Positions 7,804 through 16,519 of a stretch of DNA of 21,161 nucleotides are shown piece by piece. Both the position numbers and the translations under genes were made by a program. Position 1 is the stretch's first letter, and each line of letters begins with the position of its first letter. Origin of the DNA: Trueperaceae bacterium (GTDB taxonomy: Bacteria; Deinococcota; Deinococci; Deinococcales; Trueperaceae); the NCBI GenBank assembly GCA_040905465.1, contig JBBDRK010000062.1:1-21161 (forward strand). Reading direction: 5' to 3'. A model generated the notes under the pieces. It was not told the DNA's origin, did not search any database, and saw only the letters and a list, made by a program, of their open reading frames with translations.

Positions 7804-9489
7804 GTGAACCTTCCCGCCCACCTGAGGGACCGCCTGGCGACGCTGGCTCCGCAGGGCGGCAAACTGCTTGTTGGCGTCTCGGGCGGAGCCGATTCGGTCG
7901 CCCTGCTGCGCGGCCTGGCGGAGGCAGGCTTCGATCTGGCGGTTGCCCACCTCGATCACCGACTCCGGCCGGAGTCGGCCGACGACGCCGGCTTCGTGGC
8001 CGAATTGGCGGCCTCGCTGGGCCTGGAGGCGCGAGTCGAGCGGGTCGATGTCGCCCGGGTGGCGAACGAGCGAGGCTGGAACATCGAGGACGCCGCCCGC
8101 CGGGTCCGCTACGAGTTCCTCACCCGCACTGCCCGAGACCTGGGAATAAAAGCAGTGGCCATCGGTCACACCCTCGACGACCAGGCGGAGACGGTGTTGA
8201 TGCAGCTCCTGCGCGGCGCCGCCTATCTGCGCGGCATGACGGAGCGCAGGGGCATGGTGGTCAGGCCGCTGCTCGACGTGCCGCGTTCGCGCTTGCGCGA
8301 TTACCTCGCCGGGCTCGAGCAGCCCTGGCGCGAGGATCCGACGAACCGGGACCGGCGCCGGCTGCGCTCGTGGCTGCGCCACGAGATCCTTCCGGGGTTG
8401 CTCGATCGATTCCCCGACGTGGCGACGCGGCTCGGTCACCACGCGGTGCTTCAGAGCGACGTCGAGGATTTCGTCAGGAGCGGGGCGCGCCGGATGCTGC
8501 GCGCCGGCGGTTCGGCCGCTGATGCGGACGGCTTCTTCGATCGGGGCGATCTCGCGGCAGCCGCTCCGGCGCTGCAGCGCGAGGCGATCCGGTTCCTGTT
8601 CGAGGCGGCTGCCGTGGCGCCCGCATTCGAGCGGATCGAGGAGGTCCGGCGCCAACTGGGGCGCGAGACGCCGTACCGTCTCACCCTCGCGCCCACCCTG
8701 ACGCTGCGCCTCGCCTACGGACGGCTCGAGCTGGCTCGGCAGGCGCACCCGCCGGCCGATCGTTCCGTAGTTGGCCCTGCCGAGCTGCCACCGGGTGTTC
8801 CCGCATCCGTGCTCGACCTGGTTGAGGAACATGGCGAGCTGCGGTTGCGTGGCCGCCTGCCGGGAGACCGCATGCGTCTTCCCGGCGGTAGCAAGAGCCT
8901 GGCGCGCCTGCTCATCGACCGCAAGGTCCCGCGCGAGGAGCGAGACGCGCTCGAGGTGCTGGCAAGCGGATCACGGGTGCTGTGGGCCGAAGGGATAGGC
9001 CTTGCCGCCGACGTCCCGGCCGAATCGGGATTCGATAACGCCCCCGATTGGCGCTTCATGCGCCGGGCACTGGCGCTGGCCGAGGCCGGAGCCCGGGCGG
9101 GCGAGCTGCCGGTGGGCGCGGTCCTGGTGAGGGACGGCGAGATCGTCGGCGAGGCGCACAACGAGACCGAAACGAGCGGCGACCCGACCGCTCACGCCGA
9201 GGTGCTCGCCATGCGGCGAGCGGCCGTCACCCTGTCCGATTGGCGGCTGTCGCGATGCACCTTGTACGTGACTCTCGAGCCCTGTCCTATGTGCGCCGGG
9301 GCCGCCATCGAGTCTCACCTCGAGAGAATCGTGTTCGGCGCATCCAACCTGCGCGACGGCGCGCTCGGCAGCGTCGCCGATCTGCTGGCCTTACGCTGGA
9401 AGCGTCGCGTTCAGGTGCGCTCCGGAGTGCTCGCACGGGAGGCAGGACGGTTGCTCAACGACTTCTTCGCCGAACGGCGGCGGCCGTAG
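7804..9489 (+). CDS. tilS: tRNA(Ile)-lysidine synthetase fused to a C-terminal TadA-like (tRNA adenosine-34) deaminase domain
   Basis: TilS: VGVSGGADS, AHLDHRLR, EDAARRVRY, GHTLDDQAET, VRPLL, EDPTN, and TilS-C PGDRMRLPGGSKSL..IDRKVP..ERD. From about 9046 the deaminase: FMRRAL, GELPVGAV, DPTAHAE, TLYVTLEPCPMCAGA, FF..RR. One continuous frame. Start uncertain (7774, 7795 or 7804). Confidence 0.95.
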   Translation: MNLPAHLRDRLATLAPQGGKLLVGVSGGADSVALLRGLAEAGFDLAVAHLDHRLRPESADDAGFVAELAASLGLEARVERVDVARVANERGWNIEDAARRVRYEFLTRTARDLGIKAVAIGHTLDDQAETVLMQLLRGAAYLRGMTERRGMVVRPLLDVPRSRLRDYLAGLEQPWREDPTNRDRRRLRSWLRHEILPGLLDRFPDVATRLGHHAVLQSDVEDFVRSGARRMLRAGGSAADADGFFDRGDLAAAAPALQREAIRFLFEAAAVAPAFERIEEVRRQLGRETPYRLTLAPTLTLRLAYGRLELARQAHPPADRSVVGPAELPPGVPASVLDLVEEHGELRLRGRLPGDRMRLPGGSKSLARLLIDRKVPREERDALEVLASGSRVLWAEGIGLAADVPAESGFDNAPDWRFMRRALALAEAGARAGELPVGAVLVRDGEIVGEAHNETETSGDPTAHAEVLAMRRAAVTLSDWRLSRCTLYVTLEPCPMCAGAAIESHLERIVFGASNLRDGALGSVADLLALRWKRRVQVRSGVLAREAGRLLNDFFAERRRP

Positions 9490-10324
9490 GCGTTCGTGAG
9501 GCTGCGGGATCCCGGAGGAAGCGGGTCAGCTCGCCCACCAACTCGCCGTGCCCCGGCTTACCGGGCCAGATCACCACATGGCCACCTGCTGTCTCACGCA
9601 GGCGAACCGGACCTCCCAGGCGGCGCGTGAACCGCCGCGTTCGCCGGGGAGATACCACGTTGTCCTCCCGCCCCTGCACCACCAGTGTCGGCACCGTGGC
9701 GGCCGGAGCGCTGCGCCACGCTTCCGCTCCCAGCCGGCAGACCTGATCGACGGCCACCACCGGAATGCACACCTCCCGGCGGACGCGCTCGCGCCACGCC
9801 AGGTCGTCGATGTCGAGGTCCGGCACCATCCGTCCCAGGACTTCGCGCACCCACGGATCGTCGAAATCGGCCTTCACGAAGGGACGGTACGACGGCACGA
9901 ACGGAGTAACCAGTCCCAGCAGCGTCGCGAGCGGCACGCCGAGACCGCTGAACGGGTTGATCAGCACCAGCCGCTGCGGTTGTCTGGAAGAGGCTTGGGC
10001 CTGGCTGACGGCTACGGTCGTCGCCAGCGCGGCGCCCATAGAGTAGCCGACCAGCAGAACCTCCTCGGCGCCGGGCAGGAGACTCGCCAGCGCGGCGCTG
10101 GCGCTGGCCTGCCAGTCGTACCGGCAGCGGCGATCGAGACTGCTTATCTGCGGGCCGAATCCCGGCAGCAGGGGCGCGTGCGCTTCGTAACCCAGGTCCG
10201 CCAGGAGCCGGCCGACCGCTCGAAGTTCCCAAGGCGTACCGGGGAAGCCGTGCAGCAGCAGGGCTCGCTTGGCGGACTTGCCGAAAACGAATGGACCGTG
10301 TTCTGGAGCGGGATAGAGTCGCAT
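9455..10324 (-). CDS. Alpha/beta-fold hydrolase (carboxylesterase/monoacylglycerol lipase-like)
   Basis: [18 protein letters not shown], nucleophile elbow GYSMG, acid QGREDNVV, His GGHV. Start ATG 10324 preferred over 10402. The 3' end overlaps tilS-tadA by 35 nt. Confidence 0.88.
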   Translation of the reverse strand: MRLYPAPEHGPFVFGKSAKRALLLHGFPGTPWELRAVGRLLADLGYEAHAPLLPGFGPQISSLDRRCRYDWQASASAALASLLPGAEEVLLVGYSMGAALATTVAVSQAQASSRQPQRLVLINPFSGLGVPLATLLGLVTPFVPSYRPFVKADFDDPWVREVLGRMVPDLDIDDLAWRERVRREVCIPVVAVDQVCRLGAEAWRSAPAATVPTLVVQGREDNVVSPRRTRRFTRRLGGPVRLRETAGGHVVIWPGKPGHGELVGELTRFLRDPAASRTPTAAAVRRRSR

Positions 10325-10456
10325 CTTGCCACTACCGTGGCACGACTTCGCCGCCAAGACCTGGTGCCCGCTTCCCGGCTTGGCTCGCCTCGCGGGCGGC
10401 ACGCGCCGCCCTTGCCGGAACCTCGCTGGAACTCAGGAGAATCCGCTAGGCTCCGG

Positions 10457-10462
10457 TACAAT
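10457..10462 (+). promoter_or_regulatory. -10 box (TACAAT) of a probably leaderless lepA transcript
   Basis: TACAAT-gaaccg-GTG, where the GTG begins the conserved [11 protein letters not shown]. Confidence 0.75.
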
Positions 10463-10468
10463 GAACCG

Positions 10469-12256
10469 GTGAAGATACGCAACTTTTCGATCATCGCGCA
10501 TGTCGACCACGGTAAGTCGACGCTGGCCGACCGCATCCTGGAACTGACCCAGAGCGTATCGGAGCGAAACCGTCGAGCGCAGATGCTCGACACCCTCGAA
10601 CTCGAACGCGAACGGGGAATCACCATCAAGGCCTCCCCGGTACGCCTCTATTACCTCGCCGAGGATGGCGAGCGTTACATGTTCAACCTCATCGATACGC
10701 CCGGCCACGTGGACTTCAACTACGAGGTATCGCGAGCCTTGCGGGCGTGTGAGGGCGTTCTGCTCGTTATCGACGCCTCGCAGGGGGTCGAAGCGCAAAC
10801 CATCCAGAACGCCTACCTGGCCTCCGACAACGGTCTGGAGATCCTGCCCGTGGTCAACAAGATCGATCTGCCCAACGCCGACACCCCAGCCGCACTGGCC
10901 GAGCTCGAGGAGGTAGTGGGCGTTTCGGGCGAGCATGCGGTCGCGGTCTCCGCCAAGACCGGCGAGAACGTAGCCGCTGTTCTGGAGGCTATCGTGCGCC
11001 GGCTTCCTCCGCCCGAAGGCGACCCCACCGCTCCGCTCCGCTGCCTCATCTTCGACGCCATCTACGACTCCTATCAGGGCGTGATTCCGTTCATCCGTGT
11101 TTTCGACGGAAGCATTCGTTCCGGCGACCGGATCCAGGTGGCGTCCACCGGCAAGGTGTTCGAGGTGGACAAGGTGGGCTTCTTCAATCCCGAGCCTGCG
11201 GTGAGCGACGTAGTCGGCACGGGCGAGGTCGGCTGGTTGACCGCCAGCATCAAAGACATCGGCGACACGCAGATCGGCGACACCATCACCGGCGCCGCGC
11301 GCGCCACCGAACGGCCCATTGCCGGCTTCAAGCCGGCTCAACCGGTGGTGTTCAGCGGACTCTACCCGACGGACGGCGAGGACTACCCGAAGCTCCGGGA
11401 GGCACTCGAGAAGCTGTCGCTCAACGACGCGGCTTTCACATTCGAGCCGGAGACCTCGATGGCGCTCGGCTTCGGTTTCCGCTGCGGTTTCCTGGGCCTG
11501 CTGCATGCAGACATCGTGCAGGCGCGGCTCGAGCGGGAGTACGACCTGGGGCTCATAGCCACCGCTCCGGCCGTGGTCTACGAGGTAACGACCACAGACG
11601 GCAAGACGCGCAGAATTCAGAACCCCTCGGAACTCCCATCGCCGGACAAGACCGAGGAGGTGCTCGAACCGTACATCAGGTTGAGCGTGTACCTGCCGGA
11701 GGAGTACGTCGGGAGCGCCATGGGCCTGCTGCAGGAGAAGCGCGGGGAGATGAAGGACATGGTCTACCACGGACGCCGGGTGGAGCTTCGTTACCAGGTG
11801 CCTTTCGGTGAGATCCTCTACGACTTCCACGACCGGCTCAAGAGTCTCACGCGCGGATACGCCTCGATGGACTACGAACCGGTGGGCTACCGTCCGGGCG
11901 ACCTGGTGAAGATCGATATCCTGGTCAACGAGGAGCGCGTCGACGCACTGTCGATCATCGCCCACCGTGACAAGGCGTACGAGATGGGCCGCAAGATCGT
12001 CGACAAGATGGCCGAGGTGATCCCCCGTCAGATGTTCTCGGTGCCCATCCAGGCGGCGATCGGCGGCAAGGTACTGGCGCGCGCCACCGTACGCGCTTTT
12101 CGCAAGGATGTCACCGCCAAGTGCTACGGTGGCGATATTACTCGGAAGAAGAAATTGCTCGAGAAGCAGAAGAAGGGCAAGGCGCGCATGAAGCAGCTTG
12201 GCACCGTCGAGGTGCCGCAGGAGGCGTTCCTGGCGGTGCTCTCCGGAGACAAGTGA
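10469..12256 (+). CDS. lepA: Elongation factor 4 (LepA)
   Basis: [99 protein letters not shown] start at 10469. Confidence 0.99.
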   Translation: MKIRNFSIIAHVDHGKSTLADRILELTQSVSERNRRAQMLDTLELERERGITIKASPVRLYYLAEDGERYMFNLIDTPGHVDFNYEVSRALRACEGVLLVIDASQGVEAQTIQNAYLASDNGLEILPVVNKIDLPNADTPAALAELEEVVGVSGEHAVAVSAKTGENVAAVLEAIVRRLPPPEGDPTAPLRCLIFDAIYDSYQGVIPFIRVFDGSIRSGDRIQVASTGKVFEVDKVGFFNPEPAVSDVVGTGEVGWLTASIKDIGDTQIGDTITGAARATERPIAGFKPAQPVVFSGLYPTDGEDYPKLREALEKLSLNDAAFTFEPETSMALGFGFRCGFLGLLHADIVQARLEREYDLGLIATAPAVVYEVTTTDGKTRRIQNPSELPSPDKTEEVLEPYIRLSVYLPEEYVGSAMGLLQEKRGEMKDMVYHGRRVELRYQVPFGEILYDFHDRLKSLTRGYASMDYEPVGYRPGDLVKIDILVNEERVDALSIIAHRDKAYEMGRKIVDKMAEVIPRQMFSVPIQAAIGGKVLARATVRAFRKDVTAKCYGGDITRKKKLLEKQKKGKARMKQLGTVEVPQEAFLAVLSGDK

Positions 12257-13332
12257 GTCCGGACGACGATTCGGTCGGCGTTTCGGTCGGACGCGGTTCG
12301 CGGGTCAGTCTGCGTGCCCGCATCGCCGTGGCGATCGCCGTCCTGGCGATACTTCCCAACGTGTTGCTGGCGGCTGGTGCGCTGCTGCCGAGCATTTCCG
12401 CCGAAGCGGACATCCCTCGCCAACTGTGGCTTGCCGGGGCGTTGTGGGCCCTGGCGGTGGTGGCGTTGTCGGCAATGGTGGGCTATTTCGCGTCGCGTGA
12501 GCTGCTCTCTCCCCTTACCCGGCTGGCGAGCGATGCGGCGGCCATGCCTGCCTCCGAGGAGCGGCTGGCCACCGCCAGGCTCGATCCGGGAGGGGGAGAG
12601 CCGGCCGAGATACGGTCGGTTCGGATCGCCTTCAACCGCCTGCTGGCGCGAATCGAGCTCGAGCATGGCCGCCGCGCAGCGTTCATCGCCACCTTGATGC
12701 ACGACCTGAAGACGCCGCTCGTGGCAACGTCTCACCTCCTCGAGGTCATTCGCGACCGTGACGACCTCGGGAGGGGCGACCGGGTAGAGCTGGTGGACCG
12801 GCTGCTTCGCGAGAACCGGGCGTTGGTGGAGCTCATGCAGAAACTGGTGGACGCCCACAAGTTCGACCGCGACGAGGTCCATCTCGCGCGCACCAGCCTG
12901 CGCGTGGAGGAGGTTGCGCGGGTGGTGGTGGCCCGGCTGGCGCCGTTGGCGGCGGAGCGGGACCTGGAGCTGCACGTGGAGGGGTCTGCGGCGGCCTCCG
13001 CCGACCGGGCGGAACTCGAACGGGCGCTCTACAACCTGCTGTCGAACGCGGTGCGCTACGCGCGCAAGCGGATAACCGTGGAGATCTTCTCCGGGCTCGT
13101 GCGCATAGCCGACGACGGTCCGGGTCTTCCGGCACCGCTCGAGCGCCTGGCCCAGCCCTTCAACGACCAGCCGGTGGAGATCTCCGGCCACCGCTACACC
13201 GCCGGCAGCGCCGGACTGGGCCTCTTCATCGCCCGCCGCATCCTGGAGGCGCACGGCGGGCGGCTGGTCTGCGAAGCCTCCGGCCGACGCGGTACGGTAC
13301 TGCTCGCCTACCTGGGCACGGTAGCCGCATGA
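12253..13332 (+). CDS. Sensor histidine kinase (2 TM with very short loop, HAMP, HisKA, HATPase_c)
   Basis: Two hydrophobic helices separated by about 12 aa, HAMP PLTRLA..E...V..AFNRLL, H-box [10 protein letters not shown]-box [10 protein letters not shown]1 DDGPG, F QPF, G2 GLGL..EAHGG. GTG overlaps the lepA stop (GTGA). Confidence 0.95.
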   Translation: MSPDDDSVGVSVGRGSRVSLRARIAVAIAVLAILPNVLLAAGALLPSISAEADIPRQLWLAGALWALAVVALSAMVGYFASRELLSPLTRLASDAAAMPASEERLATARLDPGGGEPAEIRSVRIAFNRLLARIELEHGRRAAFIATLMHDLKTPLVATSHLLEVIRDRDDLGRGDRVELVDRLLRENRALVELMQKLVDAHKFDRDEVHLARTSLRVEEVARVVVARLAPLAAERDLELHVEGSAAASADRAELERALYNLLSNAVRYARKRITVEIFSGLVRIADDGPGLPAPLERLAQPFNDQPVEISGHRYTAGSAGLGLFIARRILEAHGGRLVCEASGRRGTVLLAYLGTVAA

Positions 13333-13919
13333 CATCGTTGCGCGTGCTGGTGGCGGACGATCACCCGCTCTTCCGGGTGGGGCTGGCTTACGCGCTCGGC
13401 GCTCAGGGGTTCGAGGTCGCCGCCGAAGCGGGAGACGGACGCGAGGCGGTCGACGCCTGCGGCCGCGCCAGATTCGACGTGGTTTTGATGGACGTGCGCA
13501 TGCCGGTGCTGAACGGAATCGACGCCTGCAGGGAGATAGTCGCCTTGCAGGATCCGCCGCTGGTGGTGATGCTGACCACCTTCGAGGAGCCCGGTATCGT
13601 GCAGTCGGCCCGTGCTGCGGGCGCGCGCATGTACCTGTCCAAGGAGACGCACCCGACGGAGCTGGCGCGCCTGCTGCGGGCTCTGGTGGACGAGCCCGAC
13701 CGCGACTGGTTGCCGGCGGTCGACCTGCCGGAGCTAACGCCCCGCGAGCGCGACGTACTGTCCCTGCTGGTCCAGGGACACACCAACAAGGAGATGGCCC
13801 GGTCGCTCGACCTCAGCACCGAGACGATAAAGGACTATCTCAACGGGGTGTATCGCAAGCTCGAGGTGCGTGACCGTCTCGCCGCCGTCCGGCGTGCCCG
13901 TGAGCTCGGTCTGGGCTGA
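13329..13919 (+). CDS. NarL/LuxR-family DNA-binding response regulator
   Basis: VADDHPLFR, phosphoacceptor LMDVRMP, MLTTF, YLSK, LuxR HTH LTPRERDVL..GHTNKEMARSLDLSTETIKDY..RKLEV. ATGA overlap with the kinase. Confidence 0.96.
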   Translation: MTSLRVLVADDHPLFRVGLAYALGAQGFEVAAEAGDGREAVDACGRARFDVVLMDVRMPVLNGIDACREIVALQDPPLVVMLTTFEEPGIVQSARAAGARMYLSKETHPTELARLLRALVDEPDRDWLPAVDLPELTPRERDVLSLLVQGHTNKEMARSLDLSTETIKDYLNGVYRKLEVRDRLAAVRRARELGLG

Positions 13920-13985
13920 ACGTGCTGCTGCCGAGGCTCCGGCGGCATCTGCCGGGCCGTGCGGAGCCGGAGCGACACGCGACTC

Positions 13986-13991
13986 TAGTCT
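13986..13991 (+). promoter_or_regulatory. -10 box (TAGTCT) of the minor-pilin operon, probably leaderless
   Basis: TAGTCT-ggtccg-GTG(13998). Confidence 0.6.
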
Positions 13992-13997
13992 GGTCCG

Positions 13998-14498
13998 GTG
14001 TCGTTATCCGTTCGAGTTGCGAGCAAGCCGGCCCGATCCGGCTACACCCTGCTGGAGCTGCTGGTGGTGCTTGCCCTCACCGGCCTGTTCACCGCCTGGG
14101 CGCTGCATGCGAGGCCGAGCCGCGTCGCGGCCGCCACGGTTGCCTTGCGCACTCAAATCATGCAGGCGCGCTTCGTTGCCATCGAGCGGAACACGCCCGT
14201 CGCCGTTGTCTTTCGTGACCAGCCGGCGTCGTTCGTAACGCTGGCGGCCGGGGAACTATCGATCGCCGAAGCCTGTGAGGCGGGGGAGGAGCTCGCCAGG
14301 CTGCAGCTGAGCGAGTTTCCCGGCGTGCGGGTCACCCGTGTTCCCGACAAGGGCGTGGTCTGGTTGCCGAGCGGCAGCGGTCGTACCTGCAGCGGCGGCG
14401 GCGCCTTCAACCAGACGATCGCGCTGAGCGACAACGTTCGGGACGCCCGGGTAATCGTGTCCCGGGCCGGCAGGGTGCGCTCGGAGGTAGGCCGGTGA
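13998..14498 (+). CDS. Type IV minor pilin/pseudopilin, FimT/GspH-like
   Basis: Class III signal RSG|YTLLELLVVLAL, ARFVAIERN helix typical of GspH/FimT, C-terminal VIVSRAGRVR, two Cys. Confidence 0.88.
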   Translation: MSLSVRVASKPARSGYTLLELLVVLALTGLFTAWALHARPSRVAAATVALRTQIMQARFVAIERNTPVAVVFRDQPASFVTLAAGELSIAEACEAGEELARLQLSEFPGVRVTRVPDKGVVWLPSGSGRTCSGGGAFNQTIALSDNVRDARVIVSRAGRVRSEVGR

Positions 14499-14890
14499 AC
14501 CGAAGAACCGGTTTCACCCTTCTCGAGGTTGTTGTAGCGGGTGGCCTTCTGACAGTGGCCGTGCTGGCGCTGATTATGGTCCAGGCGCAGGCCCTGCACG
14601 CGCAGCGGCGGGTGCGGGTGATCCGCGAGATAGTAGGCGTCGCCGAAGGGGAGCTCGAGCGCCGCATCGCGGCGGCGGTTCCCGGAAGTGCCCGATGTTC
14701 GGTGCCTGCGGACGCAAGCTCGCTGGTAGAGAGCTGCCAGAGCCTGGTCGAAGCTTGCACCGCCGTCGACGAACCGTGTGGGGGCGCGAGCGCCGACCGG
14801 GCGCAACGGGTCACCGTGACGGTCTCGGGCAACGGCGGGCAGCGTTTCGAGCTGCGGGCGATTGCTGCCCGCTTCCCGCCGCCGCCATGA
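14495..14890 (+). CDS. Type IV minor pilin, PilV/GspI-like
   Basis: MNRRTG|FTLLEVVVAGGLLTVAVLAL, short Cys-containing globular part, C-terminal RVTVTV strand. GTGA overlap and GGAGG SD. Confidence 0.85.
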   Translation: MNRRTGFTLLEVVVAGGLLTVAVLALIMVQAQALHAQRRVRVIREIVGVAEGELERRIAAAVPGSARCSVPADASSLVESCQSLVEACTAVDEPCGGASADRAQRVTVTVSGNGGQRFELRAIAARFPPPP

Positions 14891-15588
14891 TCGGCGTGGC
14901 CGGCGCAGCCTGCCCGCGCCGCATTGGTCGTCATGCCATGAGCGGCTCTCCCGGCTCATCCGGCACGAGCGACTCGTTCGGCGTTACGCGCCGTGACGCC
15001 GGGACAACGGTCGCGGAGATGCTCATTGCATGCGCGCTGCTCTCCGTCCTCCTGCTTGCAGCCACGGAAGTCCACGCTTCGGCTCGGCGGTCGGCGGCGC
15101 TCTCGCAGGAGTTGGCCTTGCGTGGCCAGGTGGCAGAACTCGCCGTCGAGCTGTTGCACTATCACATCGCTCTGGCCGGCCATGGCGGGGTTGGTTCGGA
15201 GCGAGAGCTCTCCGGCGCGGCGCTGGCGCTGGGACGGGGAGCGTCTCAGGGGGGATCGGACGCGCTGGCCGTTCGCTACGTGGAGGAGCGCTGGTATCAG
15301 GAGCCGAAGCTCAGGGCGCTGCGTTTCGACGTGAAGCGCGACGGCAATGGCCTCTGGAACCTCTATCAGCAGGAGGAGGGCGCCACCAGGCAGCCTGCCG
15401 TGCAGCATGTCGAGGGCGTGAGCGTCGAGCGGTTCGTGGCGCCGGACGGCGCCCTGCTGCCTGGCGATTCCCCCTTGCCGCTGGACGCCACCGCCCTGGA
15501 ACTGAGATTGTCGTTCGTATGGGGCGAGACCCGGTCGTTCACGGTCGCCCTTCCAGGCGTACAGAGGGTGGAGGCGGAGGCACCGTGA
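14887..15588 (+). CDS. Type IV minor pilin, PilW/GspJ-like
   Basis: RRDAG|TTVAEMLIACALLSVLLLAA followed by ..LLHYHIALAG (PilW-like DIRxAG position) and QPAVQHVEGV. Start ATG 14887 (ATGA overlap) or ATG 14938. Confidence 0.8.
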   Translation: MIGVAGAACPRRIGRHAMSGSPGSSGTSDSFGVTRRDAGTTVAEMLIACALLSVLLLAATEVHASARRSAALSQELALRGQVAELAVELLHYHIALAGHGGVGSERELSGAALALGRGASQGGSDALAVRYVEERWYQEPKLRALRFDVKRDGNGLWNLYQQEEGATRQPAVQHVEGVSVERFVAPDGALLPGDSPLPLDATALELRLSFVWGETRSFTVALPGVQRVEAEAP

Positions 15589-15977
15589 CCGGTGGCTGCC
15601 GGAATAGAGGGGTTGCGCTGGCGGCGGCGCTGCTGACCCTGGCTGCGGTAGCCACACTGGTGCTGGGCAACACTTTGGTGGCACAGCTGGACCTCAAGTT
15701 GGCGGCCAACCGGCAAGCTCTGGCGCTGGGGCGAGCGCAGGCACGGAGCCGAATGACTCTCTTCCTGCTGCAACTGGAGGCCGACTCGCAGACGGCACGA
15801 TTCCCGGAAACGGCGCCTGCCATGGAGGGCGTGTTGGCTTATCGACGCGACAGCGATACCACGGCCACCGCTTCAGTCGTGGCAGGAGGGGGGCGTGGCG
15901 GATACAGGAGCGACGTCAGGATCGAGCTGCACCAGCACGGAGCCGAATGGCGGATCCACATCGATCAGATCCGCTGA
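15585..15977 (+). CDS. Type IV minor pilin, PilX/GspK-like (no Glu5)
   Basis: RNRG|VALAAALLTLAAVATLVLG...AANRQ..A.AQA. Lacks Glu at +5, as PilX/GspK proteins do. GTGA overlap and GGAGG SD at 15576-80. Confidence 0.8.
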   Translation: MTGGCRNRGVALAAALLTLAAVATLVLGNTLVAQLDLKLAANRQALALGRAQARSRMTLFLLQLEADSQTARFPETAPAMEGVLAYRRDSDTTATASVVAGGGRGGYRSDVRIELHQHGAEWRIHIDQIR

Positions 15978-15982
15978 GCCGG

Positions 15983-15988
15983 TAAACT
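15983..15988 (+). promoter_or_regulatory. -10 box (TAAACT) of a probably leaderless scpB transcript
   Basis: TAAACT-gtcgtc-ATG(15995). Confidence 0.7.
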
Positions 15989-15994
15989 GTCGTC

Positions 15995-16519
15995 ATGCTT
16001 ACCAACTCTCTCCTCTGTGCCGCGCTGCTCGCCGCCGGCCGACCGCTCTCCGAAAAGGAAGTGGGCCGAGTCCTGGGCGTGGGGCCCGATGGAGTTCAGC
16101 AGGCGGTTCACTCGCTACGCGGGGCGCTCGCCTCCGCCGACCTTGGACTGGTTGTCGAGGAGGTCGCAGGCGGTTACCGCCTGGTGGTAGCGCAGGGCCT
16201 GGTCCCCTCACTGGCTGAGCTGCTCTCGCCGCCGCCGCTTCCGCGGCTCTCTACCGCGGCGCTGGAAACGCTCGCCATTGTCGCCTACCGGCAGCCGGTG
16301 ACCCGCGGTGAGGTCGAGGTGTCGCGTGGCGCCTCGTGCAGCTCCACTATCGAGACTCTGCAGGAGCGGGAGCTCATCAAGAGCGTCGGCCGCAAGGATG
16401 TCGTGGGCAAGCCGATGCTGTACGCCACTACCGACCGCTTCCTGGTCGAGTTCGGGCTGCGTTCGCTGGCGGAACTGCCGGCGCTCGGAGAGCATCCGGC
16501 CGAATTCCTCCGCGGCTAG
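15995..16519 (+). CDS. scpB: SMC-Scp complex subunit ScpB
   Basis: EEVAGGYRL, LSTAALETLAIVAYRQPVTRGEVE..RG, GKPMLYATTDRFLVEFGLRSLAELP. Confidence 0.96.
   Translation: MLTNSLLCAALLAAGRPLSEKEVGRVLGVGPDGVQQAVHSLRGALASADLGLVVEEVAGGYRLVVAQGLVPSLAELLSPPPLPRLSTAALETLAIVAYRQPVTRGEVEVSRGASCSSTIETLQERELIKSVGRKDVVGKPMLYATTDRFLVEFGLRSLAELPALGEHPAEFLRG

Noticed and set aside
7557..7862. 101-aa minus-strand ORF in the deoB-tilS spacer
   Set aside because: Antisense shadow of the PIN remnant and the tilS start; no recognisable motif.
9548..10468. Apparent 902-aa LepA fusion with a 307-aa N-terminal domain
   Set aside because: The extra part is the antisense of the hydrolase gene. A -10 box and GTG at 10469 mark the true start.
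10433..13335. Long minus-strand ORFs (510 aa and 403 aa) opposite lepA and the kinase
   Set aside because: In-register antisense shadows typical of high-GC codon usage; no motifs.
15030..15584. 315-aa version of the PilX-like ORF
   Set aside because: The upstream part overlaps the PilW-like gene. The prepilin motif, SD and GTGA overlap place the start at 15585.
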